Positions 48,601 to 62,415 of a stretch of 64,000 nt of DNA are shown here, in pieces. The stretch's first letter is position 1. Each line of letters begins with the position of its first letter. The notes beneath the pieces were generated by a model, which saw only the letters and a list, made by a program, of their open reading frames with translations, was not told where the DNA came from and did no database searches. Location: contig NC_134027.1 of the NCBI RefSeq assembly GCF_964204645.1, positions 15,222,485 to 15,286,484 of the forward strand, read 5' to 3'. The DNA comes from Tubulanus polymorphus. Taxonomy: Eukaryota; Animalia; Nemertea. The position numbers and the translations under genes were made by a program.

Positions 48601-50360
48601 TTCAATCATTTTGTCACAAAAATCATTAACTACATCTTCACCTCTAAAAGAAATATATTGACTTTCATATAATTCGGGATAATTTGATTTGATGTAAATT
48701 CCATAAGCAGCAGCTCTTTGATGAACTTTTTAAATTGTATTTATAATTGGCGGGTCTTGTGTTGTGTCTTCATTTAATTCATTTCCTTTATCCATTGATT
48801 TTAATAATTGCTTTTTTTATATATTTCTTTTCTATCTTGATCAGTTAATTCTTTATTCAACGATTCAAAATCCCCATAAATTACAAATGGAACAATATTC
48901 TTAAATTTATGATTAGTAAATTTCAATTTATAATCTTTTTCTGTTGGCATTATTAATTTACAAAAATCTTTATTATCACATAATTCTTTATGTTTTAGTA
49001 ACGCATTCTCAGTTCTAGATTTAGATAAACATTTTCTACATAGATAAATTTTATGACTGTTAAAATCACTTTCTGTTCTAAAGAATGAATCAATTTGTTT
49101 TAACCACATATAATGTCCATTTTCATCTTTTTTGTAATATAACAAATCTATAGCATTTTCATCATCATAATATTCTGTTAAATATAAAGCTTCCAAAGTA
49201 TAATCTTTAATATTTTCACCTTTTGTATTTGGTAATTGCATTAATTCGAATACATTTATTTTTAACTTATTAATTTTTTCTATTTTGGGTATCATTTTTA
49301 TAGTTACTGGATATTGATCAATTTTATATAATTTTTCATATTTCCGGTAATTTGTTATTCTAAAACTATGCGTAATATCTTCTGTTGGGTGTAAGCAACT
49401 AATAATTGACCATAGAAAACATTTATTATCTTCATTTGAACATTTATTACTGCTTTTGTTGTAAATGGTAATTTAATATAAGACGATGCTTTAATATCCT
49501 TTTCTGTTGTAAAGTTTGAATCATTTTTAAACATTGTTTTACTTTTTGATGTTTTATTCCTTTTTGTATTATAAACATTTAAATCTAAAAATATAATTTC
49601 ATTTAATGATAAACCAGAACCCTCAAAATATCTTTCTTCAATATGACGTTCAAATTCATTAAATATTTTTTCTAACTTCTCTTTTATTTGCGTTTTTTGA
49701 AATTATTTCTTCAGAGAGTGTTTGAATATTATAATCCATTTTCTCTTCTGACTTTAAAAAACTTACTTTCCCAGAGATACTATTTTTTGGATATTCAACA
49801 TCTGTTATCAAATCTAGTATTTTTTCTATTATTTCATTAAATTTACTATAATCTTCTATTGTTGTACCTTTAAAAAATCTAAATATAATAGCTGCAGGAC
49901 CAATTTTACTACGTAATGTTTCTAATATTTCAATTGTATCTTTTATTTCTAGTGAATCAATATAATTTCTAACATTTTCCATGTAAGGTTTATTTGAAAT
50001 GGATTTAGTTTTTGAAGTTGGATTTTTTACTTTTTGAGGTTTATCATCGAAATAATCTTTTCCTAAAACATTATTACTCAAATTTTGATGGTGTTTTTGT
50101 GATTCGAGATGTCTATTATAATTCCTCTTTACTATAAATTCATTACAAACTTCACATTTTATTTCATCCACATTCATATTTTCTAATCGTTCTTTTCTTT
50201 CATTGGAATTTTCTGAAGTTTCAAAATCTATAACATTTTTTATATGATTTGAAGATTTTTCATGACGCGATTTTTGAGATTTATCAATGTATTTTTTACA
50301 ATATGGACAATAATATTGATTTTCATTAACATCAATTTGTTCTGTCTTATTCTCTCCCAT
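45630..50360 (-). pseudogene. pPolB: Protein-primed PolB (pPolB-3), intein-containing, 3'-truncated and disrupted
   Basis: VIYGDFES, YLKSDVMIL, YIDANNLYGWAM and KLMNNSFYGK; motif C is split into YFD / TDS; the gene ends at FSNDN at the hairpin. Confidence 0.95.
45750..46815 (-). mobile_element. Intein with LAGLIDADG homing endonuclease (~355 aa, one +1 frameshift)
   Basis: Block A SVTADTPI, block B VDVTEDHSL, LAGLIDADG-1 FIKGFFMGDGS, LAGLIDADG-2 FFIGFYAADGA, block F VYDLSTEDGTF, C-terminal Asn followed by Thr+1. Excision restores YFDTDSYILKI as in pPolB-1 and -2. Confidence 0.95.
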
Positions 50361-50697
50361 TTATAAGGAAAAAAAATTACTTGTGGTGATGAGTGGGGAT
50401 TACTTCCCCTTGTATATAACAAGCGCGCTATTAACCGTTCTCACCCAAGCCTCAAAGCATCTATTTATCCGAGCACAGTTGACACGCAATCACTGTACTA
50501 CAGTAATAGCACACGCGTTAATAACCGTTCTCAGTAGCGACTCACTGTATCGATCTATCCACGCGCAGTTGTTGTTACGCGCACTCACTGTATATGTGTA
50601 TCACAGAGCAATTGTCCGTTCTCACTAGAGCCTAGCTGTGATGAGTGGTGTCTCGACCTCTCGACCTCTGGTATGAAAACGCCATTTACTAATTACT
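50353..50697 (-). repeat. Right TIR of element C (includes the pPolB start codon)
   Basis: Inverted copy of 39977-40321. Confidence 0.95.
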
Positions 50698-52184
50698 ACA
50701 GTGTGGTGAAAATATTATACGACAGGTAACTTCACTTCAATGACAATGTCTTTTAAAACTTATGAACAGTAAATGAATACTTATTTACAAATATTCTGTT
50801 GATTGTCTATTTGTAGGTCATTGTGTGTGTTCTGATGAAGATTTTCTGAGATACAACTCAATATTAAATTGAATGAGCTCAACGTGCACATAATGAATTG
50901 TCGTTGTATCATGGTAAGTTTTAAAAATGGATGAGACATGAATTGAAGTCAATCCAGGTTTAATTGTTGGTGATTTGTGTATTGATTCAATTTCAGAAAG
51001 TAACGTCAATCACGAATCAAAGAGATTAACAAATCCAGCACTAATCGTCATGAAATTAGATTCCAAATAACGATGAAACTTCTTGATTCTGAGATGATGA
51101 GGTTTAAAGAGCTGGAATTTATGAATAACTACACGAGCGAGCATGGATTTAGGCCTTCTGTCTGGTTAAGACTTGGTCTTTGTGATTCGAGTTAAGTTAG
51201 AGATATCAGTGTCATTCTGTTGTCACACAATTTGCAATGTCACAAAATACGTATCGTCTTGTCAGGCTGTCTTAATGTTGAATAAGATTTTGTACTAGAA
51301 GTGGACAATAAATATAGAATGGCAGTAAAAAAGAGTTTTTCTTGGTGGATTTTATACTCAATTTCTAGCAAAAATCATTGGTCCATGAGGAGAGGAAAAT
51401 ATTGCGAATATCCAGATGATCTGAATCATTGGTCTTACCCAAGTCTGTCCCAACTCACTGTCTGTGTCCAGAATATAAGTAGAGATGCTGCAGTGGATCC
51501 AAATATCCGATCTCGCAAAACACTGACAAAGGAGTTCAACTATTGTCAACTTTATTCAGACTTAAGTGATTTTCACATCATAAACACAACAATTCACTGA
51601 ATATATTTCACCTACGGTTTATAAAGAAAGCATGTCCCCCTTCGACCAAGTTCCTTCAGAATAACAATCGCGGCTGAGCCCTTTTTCTTACCTACAAAAT
51701 GAATAAGTATCAATTCTCAGTTGTCTGTTTGAATTCCGAGTAAATATCAGCGGATTATTTCGATACTTACAGCAATTAATGCCTATTCTTCGGTCTTTGA
51801 ATCTCCTTTTGTTTGCGGTTTACATTTATGATTCATAGATAATCAGCTGATTTACTGTAATCAATCATTCCAGCTCGATTTTGATATTACTCCTAGTTTC
51901 GCTTATTCGATGAGACGCCATTTTAACCCGGAAGTAACTCGATACTGACATGTTTGACATGCATGGAAAATGTAAAATGGAGGATGGGATCAACCAGGTG
52001 ATCAACCGGTCTCTAACTGAGGGTAGAGACCGGCAACCAGTCTAGTTTCTTAATTTCGTAGTTTCGTACTTTAGAAGTACCCGGCTTGAGTTGATTTCTC
52101 AAATTGTGAATAAACAACATTTTAGTATTTTCAAGAGTCGTTTCAAATTTGCTTTCCTTTTCTGCCTTCAAGATTCACTCTTCA

Positions 52185-52273
52185 TGACGGTGTCTGACGG
52201 TGTCTGGCGGCTCCTGGCGGTGTCTGACGGTTTCTGGCGGTTCCTGACGGTGTCTGACGGCTCCTGACGGTGT
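52185..52273. repeat. 10-bp tandem repeat, ~9 copies
   Basis: TGACGGTGTC / TGGCGGCTCC variants. Confidence 0.9.
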
Positions 52274-52724
52274 TTAGTATGACCGGTATTGGAAATCCCG
52301 ATAGTGGCAATCAATTCAAATCAAATCAATAAATTCTCCGGTTCGCGATTTAAATCATCAAAGATTTTACTATAAAACACGTTTTCAAAGTCAACAAGGT
52401 AATTAATTTATTCATTTTAGTACAAAGGTTTGATTTGACACTAAAATCAGTTGTTGCATTGCACTTAACAGGAGTTAACCTCTAGGCCCTATATGATACT
52501 TTAGCGTCAGACAGACGTTGTTGTTGTACGGAACCGAACGACGACTGGTATTCAGACTGTAAATGTCTATTTCAACCTGACTTGAGAGCATTCCAGGTGG
52601 CCTAGCTCAGTCAGTTTAAGTAGTACATACCTGATAAAAGTCTTATTAGGACCAGAAAGCACTGGCAGCTGACCAAAAATATCGTTTTTTTATCCACTTT
52701 AATTTAAAGTGGATAATTTTAGAC

Positions 52725-53267
52725 TAATGTCTATTTATTAATTGATGAGACCTGTTTTTCTGGGATATTTTGCTTACTTTTTGGGGTACATACCTCATTT
52801 ATGTCTTAACAGAATGCCAAAAATCGCGGACAACAACTGAATATCCGATATATTTCCAGTTCTGTACCAATTAGATGGATTGGCAAAAAGACTCCTCAAG
52901 TCCAGTTGAATGAGAGAGAAAATCCTCCATTTTGTCAAATTTGTTGGTTTTGAACATTGTTACCATGCCTACGCCACCCTGATTTAGTTGTTGAGACCCC
53001 ACAAGAAAAATTACTTTTCGTAGGCATGGTGACAATGTAAAAATTCAAGAAATTTCACAAAATGGAGGATTTTCTCTCTCATTCAATTGGACTTAAGGAG
53101 TCTTTTTGCCAATCCATCTAATTGGTACAGAACTGGAAATATATTGGATATTCAGTTGTTGTCCGCGATTTTTGGCATTCTGTTAAGACATAAATGAGGT
53201 ATGTACCCCAAAAAGTAAGCAAAATATCCCAGAAAAACAGGTCTCATCCATTAATAAATAGACATTA
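52725..53267. mobile_element. Palindromic MITE (~250-bp arms)
   Basis: TAATGTCTATTTATTAA..GATGAGACCTG... / ...CAGGTCTCATC..TTAATAAATAGACATTA. Confidence 0.8.
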
Positions 53268-55178
53268 AATAATCCAACGAGAATTGAGATGTTCCATTAT
53301 TGTATGAATCCGACCTATAGCCCTACTACAGACGAAACGAAAAATAGGATCCTGGCTTTGAGCCATCTGAAAGAGTTAGCCTAGTTCCGGGTCTGGAGAA
53401 TTCCCTTGTCAGTAGGCCTAACCTGTCTGTCGTTTAGTTTCACGATCGGTAGTCTAGTACCTAGCCGTTGTTCCGGAAACAACGTCTAGGGCAAAAGTGC
53501 TCATACAAGGTTAATTTTCGTCCCTCATTTTGAGGGACGAGGCTTTGAGTGTCTATTTCACCCCTTAAAACACTATCAACTTAGGCCTACCTCAAACTGA
53601 CTGTCCTGTAATCAGATGGAAGTTAACTATTGTTTGTGCATAAATTTGTAATCCTAAGTAGCTTTTGACGATTGAAGTAGCTCAAAACTTTTGACTAGTC
53701 GCCTCAAAAAATAGTTGAAGTGAAGCAACATAACAAATATGGCGGCTTTTCGTGGTGCATGATGGGAGTGTAAATTACGGATTCGAACTTAAACTCATCG
53801 AACTTGGTGCCAATGCAGATATTATTCTTGTTTCAACTTCTTAAGGTGAAAATTGACCAAAATTTATGCGTTTTATCAACAAAAAATAACATTTAGAGTA
53901 ATTTTAGAGAGATATATTGAATTTTCACATTTTATTGATTTAGTCCGTATTGGAAATCCCGATAGTGGCAATCAATTCAAATCAAATCAATAAATTCTCC
54001 GATTCGCGATTTAAATCATCAAAATCTTTATTTTAAAACACGTTTTCAAAGTCAACAAGGCAACTAATTAATTTATTTTAGTACAAAGGTTTGATTTGAC
54101 ACTTAAATCAATTGTTGCATTGCAATTAAGTGGAGTTAACTTCTATATGATACTTTAGCGTCAGACGTTGTACGGAACCGTAACAACGACTGGTATTCAG
54201 ACTACACGATCGGATATTTTCACGTTGGTATAAGCTTATCCGATTATAAAAAGCTTACCACCAACGATTAGGTAACTAACTAGAGAATTCCCTGGTGACA
54301 ACGAGACGGAACCAAAATCCAAGAATTGGATCCCAGATATTATAAGTTGAACCGCACGGGTACGGGTATGTGAAGTATAAGAATCGAAGTGGCTACTCGT
54401 ACGGACCCGTACGAATAATTCCGTAGGCTATTCGTACGCACCCGTACGGATTACTCTGGTTTGTACGGGAAGGGATAGGGTTAGGGTAAGGTGAGGCTAT
54501 AGGCCTATGTAGTTAAAACATTCGGTCGACTGTCAGCGAGCTCGGTGGTCTAGTGGCATGATGCTGCGCTAGTAATTTACTGGCCCGATTTCGAGTCTCG
54601 CTCGATCCGCTCTATTTTTCTCTAACTCTATTCTCCACACTTTCCTTGAATTTTCTTAGTCGCGCACCTCTGTCGCATGCGCGGCGTTCATCAGCCAATC
54701 AGCGACAGTTATTAGCGTACAGATCCTAGTTCCGTACGAATAGCCTCCAGAGTAATCCTTTTGAGTCCGTACGAGTCGCCACAGTGTATAAGAATGGCCT
54801 GGACAGGCGCCAAAAAATCACTATTATCAAAGCAATGTGGTGCAGCCAACATGGAAATGGAGCCCAAAAGATAGGCCTACCGAAACATTGCCAAAGAACA
54901 CCCGGCCCCATCCCAGAATACGAAGACCGGGGTACCTAAATAGGCCTAATGAGAATAGAATGGCTTAATGCTTAAAGTCAAAGTGTAGATCAAGTGTTCT
55001 CGCTGGTTCAAAATTAAAGCATGGCAGCAGAGTCCTCCTTATTACGGAGACGACACAATTTACCGAGATGAACCAAGATGACATGAAATCCTATAGGCCT
55101 AGCAGTTGTTCTACAAACAACATCTAGGGTGAAAGTGCTCATATAAGGTTAATTTTCGTCCCTCATTTTGAGGGACTA

Positions 55179-55667
55179 CTGTCTGTCACACCTACTCTCC
55201 GTGCGATGTTTGGTCTGTAATTTCGTTAATAATCGGTTTATCTCTAAATATTATGCATCAATTTGTTCCGTAAGGAATTTGCATTCAGAAATAAATCCTG
55301 AAGTGGCATAGATTTGTTTGTATTTTCATCTATCAGCGATAGTTTACCTAGCATAAGCTCGCGTAATGCTGAAAAACGGCTTTTATGGCCCATCACATGA
55401 CTGTATTTTGATATGCTAATGAGCAGGTGATGACGTCTCTGTAACGTTTCCAAGCGTCCGCGTAGCGGATTTTTTCAGCATTACGTGAGCGTATGTTAAG
55501 TAAACTATCGCTCAAATGAAAACTAAAACAACTTCAGTAAAAATTGTTGTTTATTTCTGAATGCAAAGTCCTCACTGAACAAATTGATGCGTAATAAAGG
55601 TAGATAAACTGTTTATTCATGAAATTACGGACCAAAACGTCGCACGCAGAGCATGTGTGACAGCCAG
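55179..55667. mobile_element. MITE with TA TSD (Tc1/mariner-type)
   Basis: TA|CTGTCTGTCACAC...GTGTGACAGCCAG|TA; the empty site is visible in the paralogous repeat near 53538. Confidence 0.75.
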
Positions 55668-58119
55668 TAGGCTTTGAGCGTCTATTTCACCCCTTAAAAC
55701 ACCATCAACCTACCTCAAATTGACTGTTCTGTAATCAGATGGAAGTTAACTATTGTTTGTGCTTAAATTAGTTATCCTAAGTAGCTTTTGACGATCGTAG
55801 TAGCTTAAAACTTTTGACTAGACGCCTCAAAAAATAGTTGAAATGAAGCAACATAACAAATATGGCGGCATTTCGTGGTGCATGATGGGAGTGTAAATTA
55901 CGGATTGGGACTTGAACTTGGACTGACATTGATGCCAATGCAGATATTATTCTGGTTTCAAATTCTTAAGGTTAAATTGATCAAAAGTTATGCATTTTAT
56001 CAACAAAAAAATAACATTTAGAGTCATTTAAGAGAGACGTATTGAATTTTTATTAATTTAGTCCGTAGGCCTACTTGAAATCCTGATTGTGGCAATCAAA
56101 TCAAATCAATAAATTCTCCGGTTCGCGATTTAAATCATCAAAAATATTATTATAAAACACGTTTTCGAATGGGTGAGTGCAAAAAATGGCCTGGCCCTTT
56201 GGCTTGGCCTGGCCCTTCTATTTGTTTGTTTTGGCCTACGGATTATAACCTTGGCCTTCAATCGGGAGTTCAAAACATGGCCTGGCCAAAATATTTGGGT
56301 TCGAATCCCAAATTATCAGGTCTGCTACCGTTTTTCTATGAGGCAAGTGAGGCGGCCACTTCCAAGGCATCTGCTCGGGTTTTAACGACAAAACAGAATA
56401 AACGCCCATTTATTGGAATCGATTTCAAAATATTAGGCCTATTTGTTGTTTACTTTTGTCATAATTACAAATGTAAATAGGCCTACATGTAATTATTTTT
56501 AATAGAAACCATCAGTAAAGCATCCAGGTCTTAAAGCCACGTTATTTCAAATTCAAATTTATTCATAGTAAATTTTGCTCAAATCTCAGTAATCACAACA
56601 ATTATACTATGCTTCCTTGAAACAGTAAAGCTCAGTAGGCCTACAGGTCGCGTCCAACTCAATAAACACTTCAAGCGACCTAGGAAGGATCTCCTATCCA
56701 CTGCGGCATCCGAGACGCTCACTCCGAATATGAAGCTTGAGTCCAGCTTACGTATAAGAATGTGTAATAAACAGGCATTTAGTGAATATCCCGTGGATTT
56801 GGTAAAGATCGGTATGTACTGTAGGAAAAATAGAATATTGATAAATGGTTGGGACCAGCAGCCGAATCACTGGTAATAGTAATAAATCTATTTATTGATA
56901 CCTCGTCACCACAACAGCTTTTCTCCGCTGCATCAGTTTGGCATGTTTAGTTCAGGCCTATACGACTCGGTACTCTAATGATTTATCATAGTTAATATCC
57001 GATAAAGAAACTAACCCGCGGCCAGATCACTGGCAGTAATAAATTTATTTTTGTACCTGCTTTCATTCTCATGGCGAGGAGAACTCGCAGTGGATCCGCA
57101 GAACGATATAGACACAAGTTGATTCATCGATCTTTACCGCTCCACAGTGCTTGTAATATTAAGAGTAGTAAATTATATCCTGTGGATCGGTAAATGTACT
57201 GATGAAGAAAATGGGTAATTGTTAGAATTTACTGTTTGAAGACCGCTGCTGAATGTGACGTCTTGCGGCAATAAATTTGTTTATTTACACTTGAATTGGT
57301 AATCGAAGTGACAAGCAGCCTCCGATGGATTTCAGGATGACAACTCAGAAAAACATGTTGCCTCATGGAATGGGGCCCAATTTTCGATGTTTACGGCCCG
57401 GCCCGACAGTTCTTTTGTAACGTTGATTCATGATAATGCGAGTATTTGTAGATCGAAGTGGGCTGAAGGATATCATACGGTGTCACACCCCTCTAACTAT
57501 CAATTGGTATACTGGTGTGTTCCTTCAACCAAAATGTTTAATCTACTGTAACGTCATGTATATATGAAATACTGTAACACAAATTCAGTTCTCAAACTGC
57601 TGAATAAAGCATACGAATGTCTGTACTCTGCTGCTCAGTCTTTGGTATATTTCGCTGTGGATCTCAACTGGTCATTTCTGTCCAAGCCATAACATACGGA
57701 TTGTATCAGCAACAGTGGCAAGGTAATGAAGCCTATGTTTTTTTAGTGAAAATAGTGTGACATAAAATAATGATAATAAGAAACATGCGAATCTCAATAG
57801 GGCTTTCTGTGAAGTAACAGAAAACCCTAATAATGATAGGCCTAATGCGAATATCAATAGGGTTTTCTGTGAAGAAACAGAAAACCCAAATAATCAGTGC
57901 AATTGCAATAGGGTTTCTGCTTGCAGCAGAAACCCTAATAATAAATAAACAGAAGACCTAACATTATGTTCAAACATTACACACATGGCATTTGTTTTGT
58001 AAATAGACTGTATTGGCCAATCGCGGAACAGGAATAGGGTCACGTGATCTAATCAACATTTTCTCATTCTGTCTGCCTCGTTTTCATCACATTTTTATCT
58101 GCAATCATCGGCCCATATT

Positions 58120-58463
58120 GGCACCTAGGCATATTTTGTTACTATGATCAATTGAAAAGTTGTAGCTCATGACGTGTTCTATGATTATGGTTAGTTTCAA
58201 AGTCATTGGGCTTTGCATACGGTCACCAGGGGGCATTGTAGAGTAGAATAACTTTGTATTTCCATATTATAGTGGTAACTTGGCATATGTTGTTAGCACA
58301 ATCGATTTCAAAATGCTGCTGACATCTTCTACAATTGTGGTGAGTTTCAAGGTCATTGAATTTTTCAAGGTCATTGGATAGGGGCGTTGAATATTGAAAT
58401 TGTTAGATTGTTGAGCATTTGAAACCATTTCCAAGTGGGCATGGTGTCCCTGGACCCCTAGTT
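58120..58463 (+). mobile_element. HINE 3' fragment
   Basis: Matches the 3' part of 32225-33332. Confidence 0.65.
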
Positions 58464-60590
58464 TTCGTAGTTGATAGAATGCCATGACATTTCACAAACT
58501 ACACATTAAGATGTAGGAGAATATGCCACATGATGGAGTCTGTCACCTGAATAGTCACAGTGACAGTCTACTGAAAAGCTGCAATTCTGCTGAAATAACT
58601 TTCTTATTCGGAATGCTTTGAAAGATGTGTGTTATCCTTTTACTATGACTTTTCTCATATTAACCGATTAGCACTCGGGAATTGCACTAGGTAGTGTCAA
58701 TTACTCCTCAGAAATTTCAAGGTAAAATCTAAGTTCATCGCGATACCAGATACCAAATAGGAGGATGTTGATTTCTGGTTGGTATTTGGTATTTCGAGGA
58801 CTTGGGTGTGTAGTTTATCATAAGCTATTGGGTTCGAATCCCACTATAACCGTTTTTGTGCAGCATACGAAAAAAGTGCCAGGGCGGATTCGGGCGGCTT
58901 GAGGAGTAATAGGCAGGGCGGATACGGGCGGCTTGAGTGCTAATGGGTAAAGAAGTTCAAGATGATATTCTCTATCAAGATGATATTCTCTATGTCAACG
59001 GTCTGGCTGATCAATTATCATTCGTATCCTTAATAGCCTACACTATGCTCAAATCTATTTTTAGCACACTCAAATGCAATTTCAGTAGCCTGTAATTTCA
59101 CTACTATTAGGCGAATTGAACGGATTAAGCAAAAATATATTGTTTTTCTTTATGGTGTGCAAAGTTGATAGCCGTGGGTTTCATAGAAATTTACCAAAAA
59201 GTTTCAAAAATTCGATTTATTTGAGCACGTTTTTTTATGCAGCATCTTTAACTTTCCAAAATAACACATGTGAAAATTCAATGCTATTTACGTCGGAAGA
59301 ACTTTATATCGCCAAGATCCGATGCTTTTTTCGGTAGTTATGGGCTTTCAAAGACGAAACCCCTCGAAATCTTGGTTATATAAAATTTGTGTTGACCCGG
59401 TTTTGACTTCAATCATGACGTCATAACATTGAAAGAGGTGGATCAGCTGGTGCGTGTTATTTCACAAACAAAATGGCGGCACGATTGATTAGGTTGATAT
59501 TCATCATTTCTAGCTCGAATACTGATACTCGAGGTGTATGATAAAACGATTTATTGTGTGCGATGTGTTCAATGATTCATCTAGTTTTTATTCCTGTGCG
59601 TGAGGTAACGTTGCATCAAGATATCTGACGAAAATGTGGTTCCAAAATAGGGAAATTTACTTCCGTGTTCGTCACACGGCTGATTTACTGATAGCATCGG
59701 ATTTTAGAGATGAGTTAGCTATATACACGACTGGAACACGACTGGAACTTGTTTTATCATCATTATTTAAAGCATAAGGGAGTGTTATGGAGTCTGATTA
59801 TTAGTATTAGTTTGTTAACTGTGGCACAGAAAACAGTCGTTTTTTGTGCCGTCGTTTTCAGGCAATATAGCCTTATACTCTTGTGTTCACTGCGTGTATG
59901 TATCAGTTATAGAGTATGCATGCCACGGCATAGATCGCACATAACAACGATATGTCTGAGTGAAGATGTAAGCTACTTAAAGAAATCCTATCGTGAAATA
60001 ATTAAAAACCATGTCAGTCGATAGACTTTGTTCCGTCAGTAACCGGCGCTGACTGGCCTCAAATTTGAAGAACTTCGGAGCATCTGTCCGTATTGGTCGG
60101 CATATGATAATGAAGAACCTCTGATGAAACCCAGGCTCTCACCAAGTTTGTACCGTATCTTAACAGGTCACTCATAGTTTTAAATGTTTTACATCATTCA
60201 AGGGATACATTAGAATTATGAAAATTTGTTCAGACAAAAGGCCCATAATCAATTTTTCGAAGATTTCATTCTCGTAAAGTCAGTTATCACTAAAAGTTCA
60301 CACTGACCAAAATTGAGTCCTTTTCATATATTTTTTCTTGTTTAATTTTCAATGAAATTAATTTTTTGCATACCAGTAGCCTACGTCACAGAGTTTTTAC
60401 TTCCCCACACCAGTTTGGCAAGCCACTAGACCATTGGTCCTTTATTGGTATTATTGAGTGAATCGCGATATTCACTGGTTTTGTTAGTTTTTATGTTTAT
60501 CATATTTGTTTAGCGTGAAATCAAATGATGTAACAGTTATTTTCATGTGTTGCTACAATCAAAAGTGTAAGATATTGTCTTTCATTTGGT

Positions 60591-61697
60591 TTTTAGCCCA
60601 CTTGGGACTTTAGTCCCAGCGGGCTATTGCGTTCACTTTTCGTCCGTCGTCCGTCCGTCCATAGACGGAATCCAGTTATTTTGGGAAGTTTTGAAGACGC
60701 TTTAATGTAATGTCTTGATATTTGGGTTACACATGTATCTACCCTAGACACATCTTCTGCCCAAAAACTGGCCCTGTCACAATCAAGATGGCCGACTGGC
60801 AGCCATTGTTGTTCGCCAAAATCGACACTTTTTACACATTTTTGAACTTTCTGAGGGAAGTTTTGAAGACGCTTTGATCTATTACCTTGATCTTTCGGAT
60901 GTATGTGAATCCCCCATGGCCCATCAGCATAACAAAAATTGGGTCAATCAGACTCAAGATGACCGTCCTATGACCTTTTTTAGTGCCCAAAAATGTCAAT
61001 TTTGGCCCAAATTCTAAGTCCGGTAGCTCCCTACTGGTTTGCCATTTCTCATTGCAATTTGTGATGGGTATTCTTTGAAACGGGATGTTTTATACCTGAG
61101 ACAGGTATTTTTGATCAGCCAATTATGACGCAATTGGCGGCCATCTTGGTGTCATCAGTACTCATTCGTAGGTGGGAAAAAGTTTTTCCACATTGTATTG
61201 ATACCTAAGCCTATTTTGTTACCACAATCAATAAGAAACTTGTAGCTCTAAACGTGTTCTATGATTGTGGTGAGTTTCAAGGTCATTGGTGTTTGTATAT
61301 GGCCACCAGGGGGCGTTGAATAATACAATATCTTTGTATTTCTAAATTATATTCGTATCAATGCATATTTTGTAACCACAAACAATTGCAAAGTTGTAGC
61401 TCATGACATCATCTATGATTGTGGCAAGTTTTAAGGCCATTAGTTATTCTATATGGTCACCAGGGGGCGTTGAATAGTAGAATAACTTAGTATTTCCTTA
61501 TTATATTGGTACCTAGGCATATTTTGTAACCATGATCAATTACAAAGTTATAGTTTGTGACATGTTCTATGTGGTGAGTTTCAAGATCATTGGTTTTTGT
61601 ATATGGTCACCAGGGGGCGTTGAATATTGAAATTGTTAGATTGTTGAGCATTTGGAACCACTTCCCAAGTGGGCATGGTGTCCCTGGACCCCTAGTT
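60591..61697 (+). mobile_element. HINE copy
   Basis: Colinear with 32225-33332; ends GGACCCCTAGTT. Confidence 0.7.
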
Positions 61698-61815
61698 ATA
61701 GATGAAATTATTTTTGCGTATAGTTAAGGAAACAACATGTACTTATTTTTCATGAAAATTACCAGTTGAAAGGTTGGTTCCTTTCGGGAAATACTTAAAA
61801 TTTCAATATGTGTTA

Positions 61816-62415
61816 CTGTATTTTCCGGCCAATAAGCCGACTCGGCCAATAAGCCGAGGGCAGTTTTTTAGCCTAAAATACATGGATTTCATAAAGCTTC
61901 GCCCAATAAGCCGAGGCCCTTCATCAGAGATTTTAATTCACTGATTTGTCAATTAGTTTGTCTTAATTGACGATTTAAGAGGCTGACAGTAGCGCCCGAG
62001 TGCTGTGTATACTATCATCGCCGAGTGACTGTGCTATATATAGACTCACTCAGCTGATTACTATACACACAGCCATACACGCAGTACGCGGCTCACTGCT
62101 GATTTGCATATATACTAATGAATGAACTGACACGTGGTAGTACGATGAACTTGCGCGTTATATAAATGTATACCATTGCCGCTGTGCGGTGATGGAACAA
62201 TCAAAGTAAAAATAAAATAGTTCAAAATAGATTATAATTGGAAGTAAATAAATATCGACCACTTTTCTTGATTTTGACGATCATTGAGAGCATTAGAGTG
62301 GCATAGATCAGGAAGTGATTTTTTATGTCAGATCGTATCCGCCCAATAAGCCGATCACGATATTTTGGGTAAAAATCTGAGGCTAGAAAATCGGCTTATT
62401 GGCCGGAAAATACGG
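61816..62415. mobile_element. MITE, Tc1/mariner-pogo type
   Basis: TA|CTGTATTTTCCGGCCAATAAGCCGA...TCGGCTTATTGGCCGGAAAATACGG|TA, with repeated CCAATAAGCCGA sites. Confidence 0.85.

Larger units (their letters stand above)
39977..50697 (-). mobile_element. Polinton/Maverick element C (10.7 kb, internally deleted)
   Basis: ~345-bp TIRs, AG...CT termini, perfect 6-bp TSD ACAGTG (39971-39976, 50698-50703); pPolB, MCP, integrase and ATPase. Confidence 0.95.
52287..56167. repeat. Locally triplicated repeat units interrupted by MITEs
   Basis: GAAATCC(C/T)GA(T)AGTGGCAATC...AAACACGTTTTC at ~52290, ~53950 and ~56075; 53470-53945 is repeated at 55105-55176 plus 55670-56065. Confidence 0.7.

Noticed and set aside
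50825-50880. CTGATGA hammerhead-like box (inverted copy near 21810)
   Set aside because: No properly placed stem II plus GAAA and stem III in both copies.
54477-54492. AGGGTTAGGGTAAGG telomere-like motif
   Set aside because: Only about two units, inside an interspersed repeat.
54534-54610. tRNA-like sequence (TGGTCTAGTGG A-box, degenerate B-box)
   Set aside because: No convincing cloverleaf or canonical T-loop; at most a decayed tRNA-derived SINE head.
59470-59610. AAAATGGCGGC motif and GT donor as a possible first exon of the TMEM42-like gene
   Set aside because: Plausible but not supportable without transcripts; similar motifs recur in repeats in this window.
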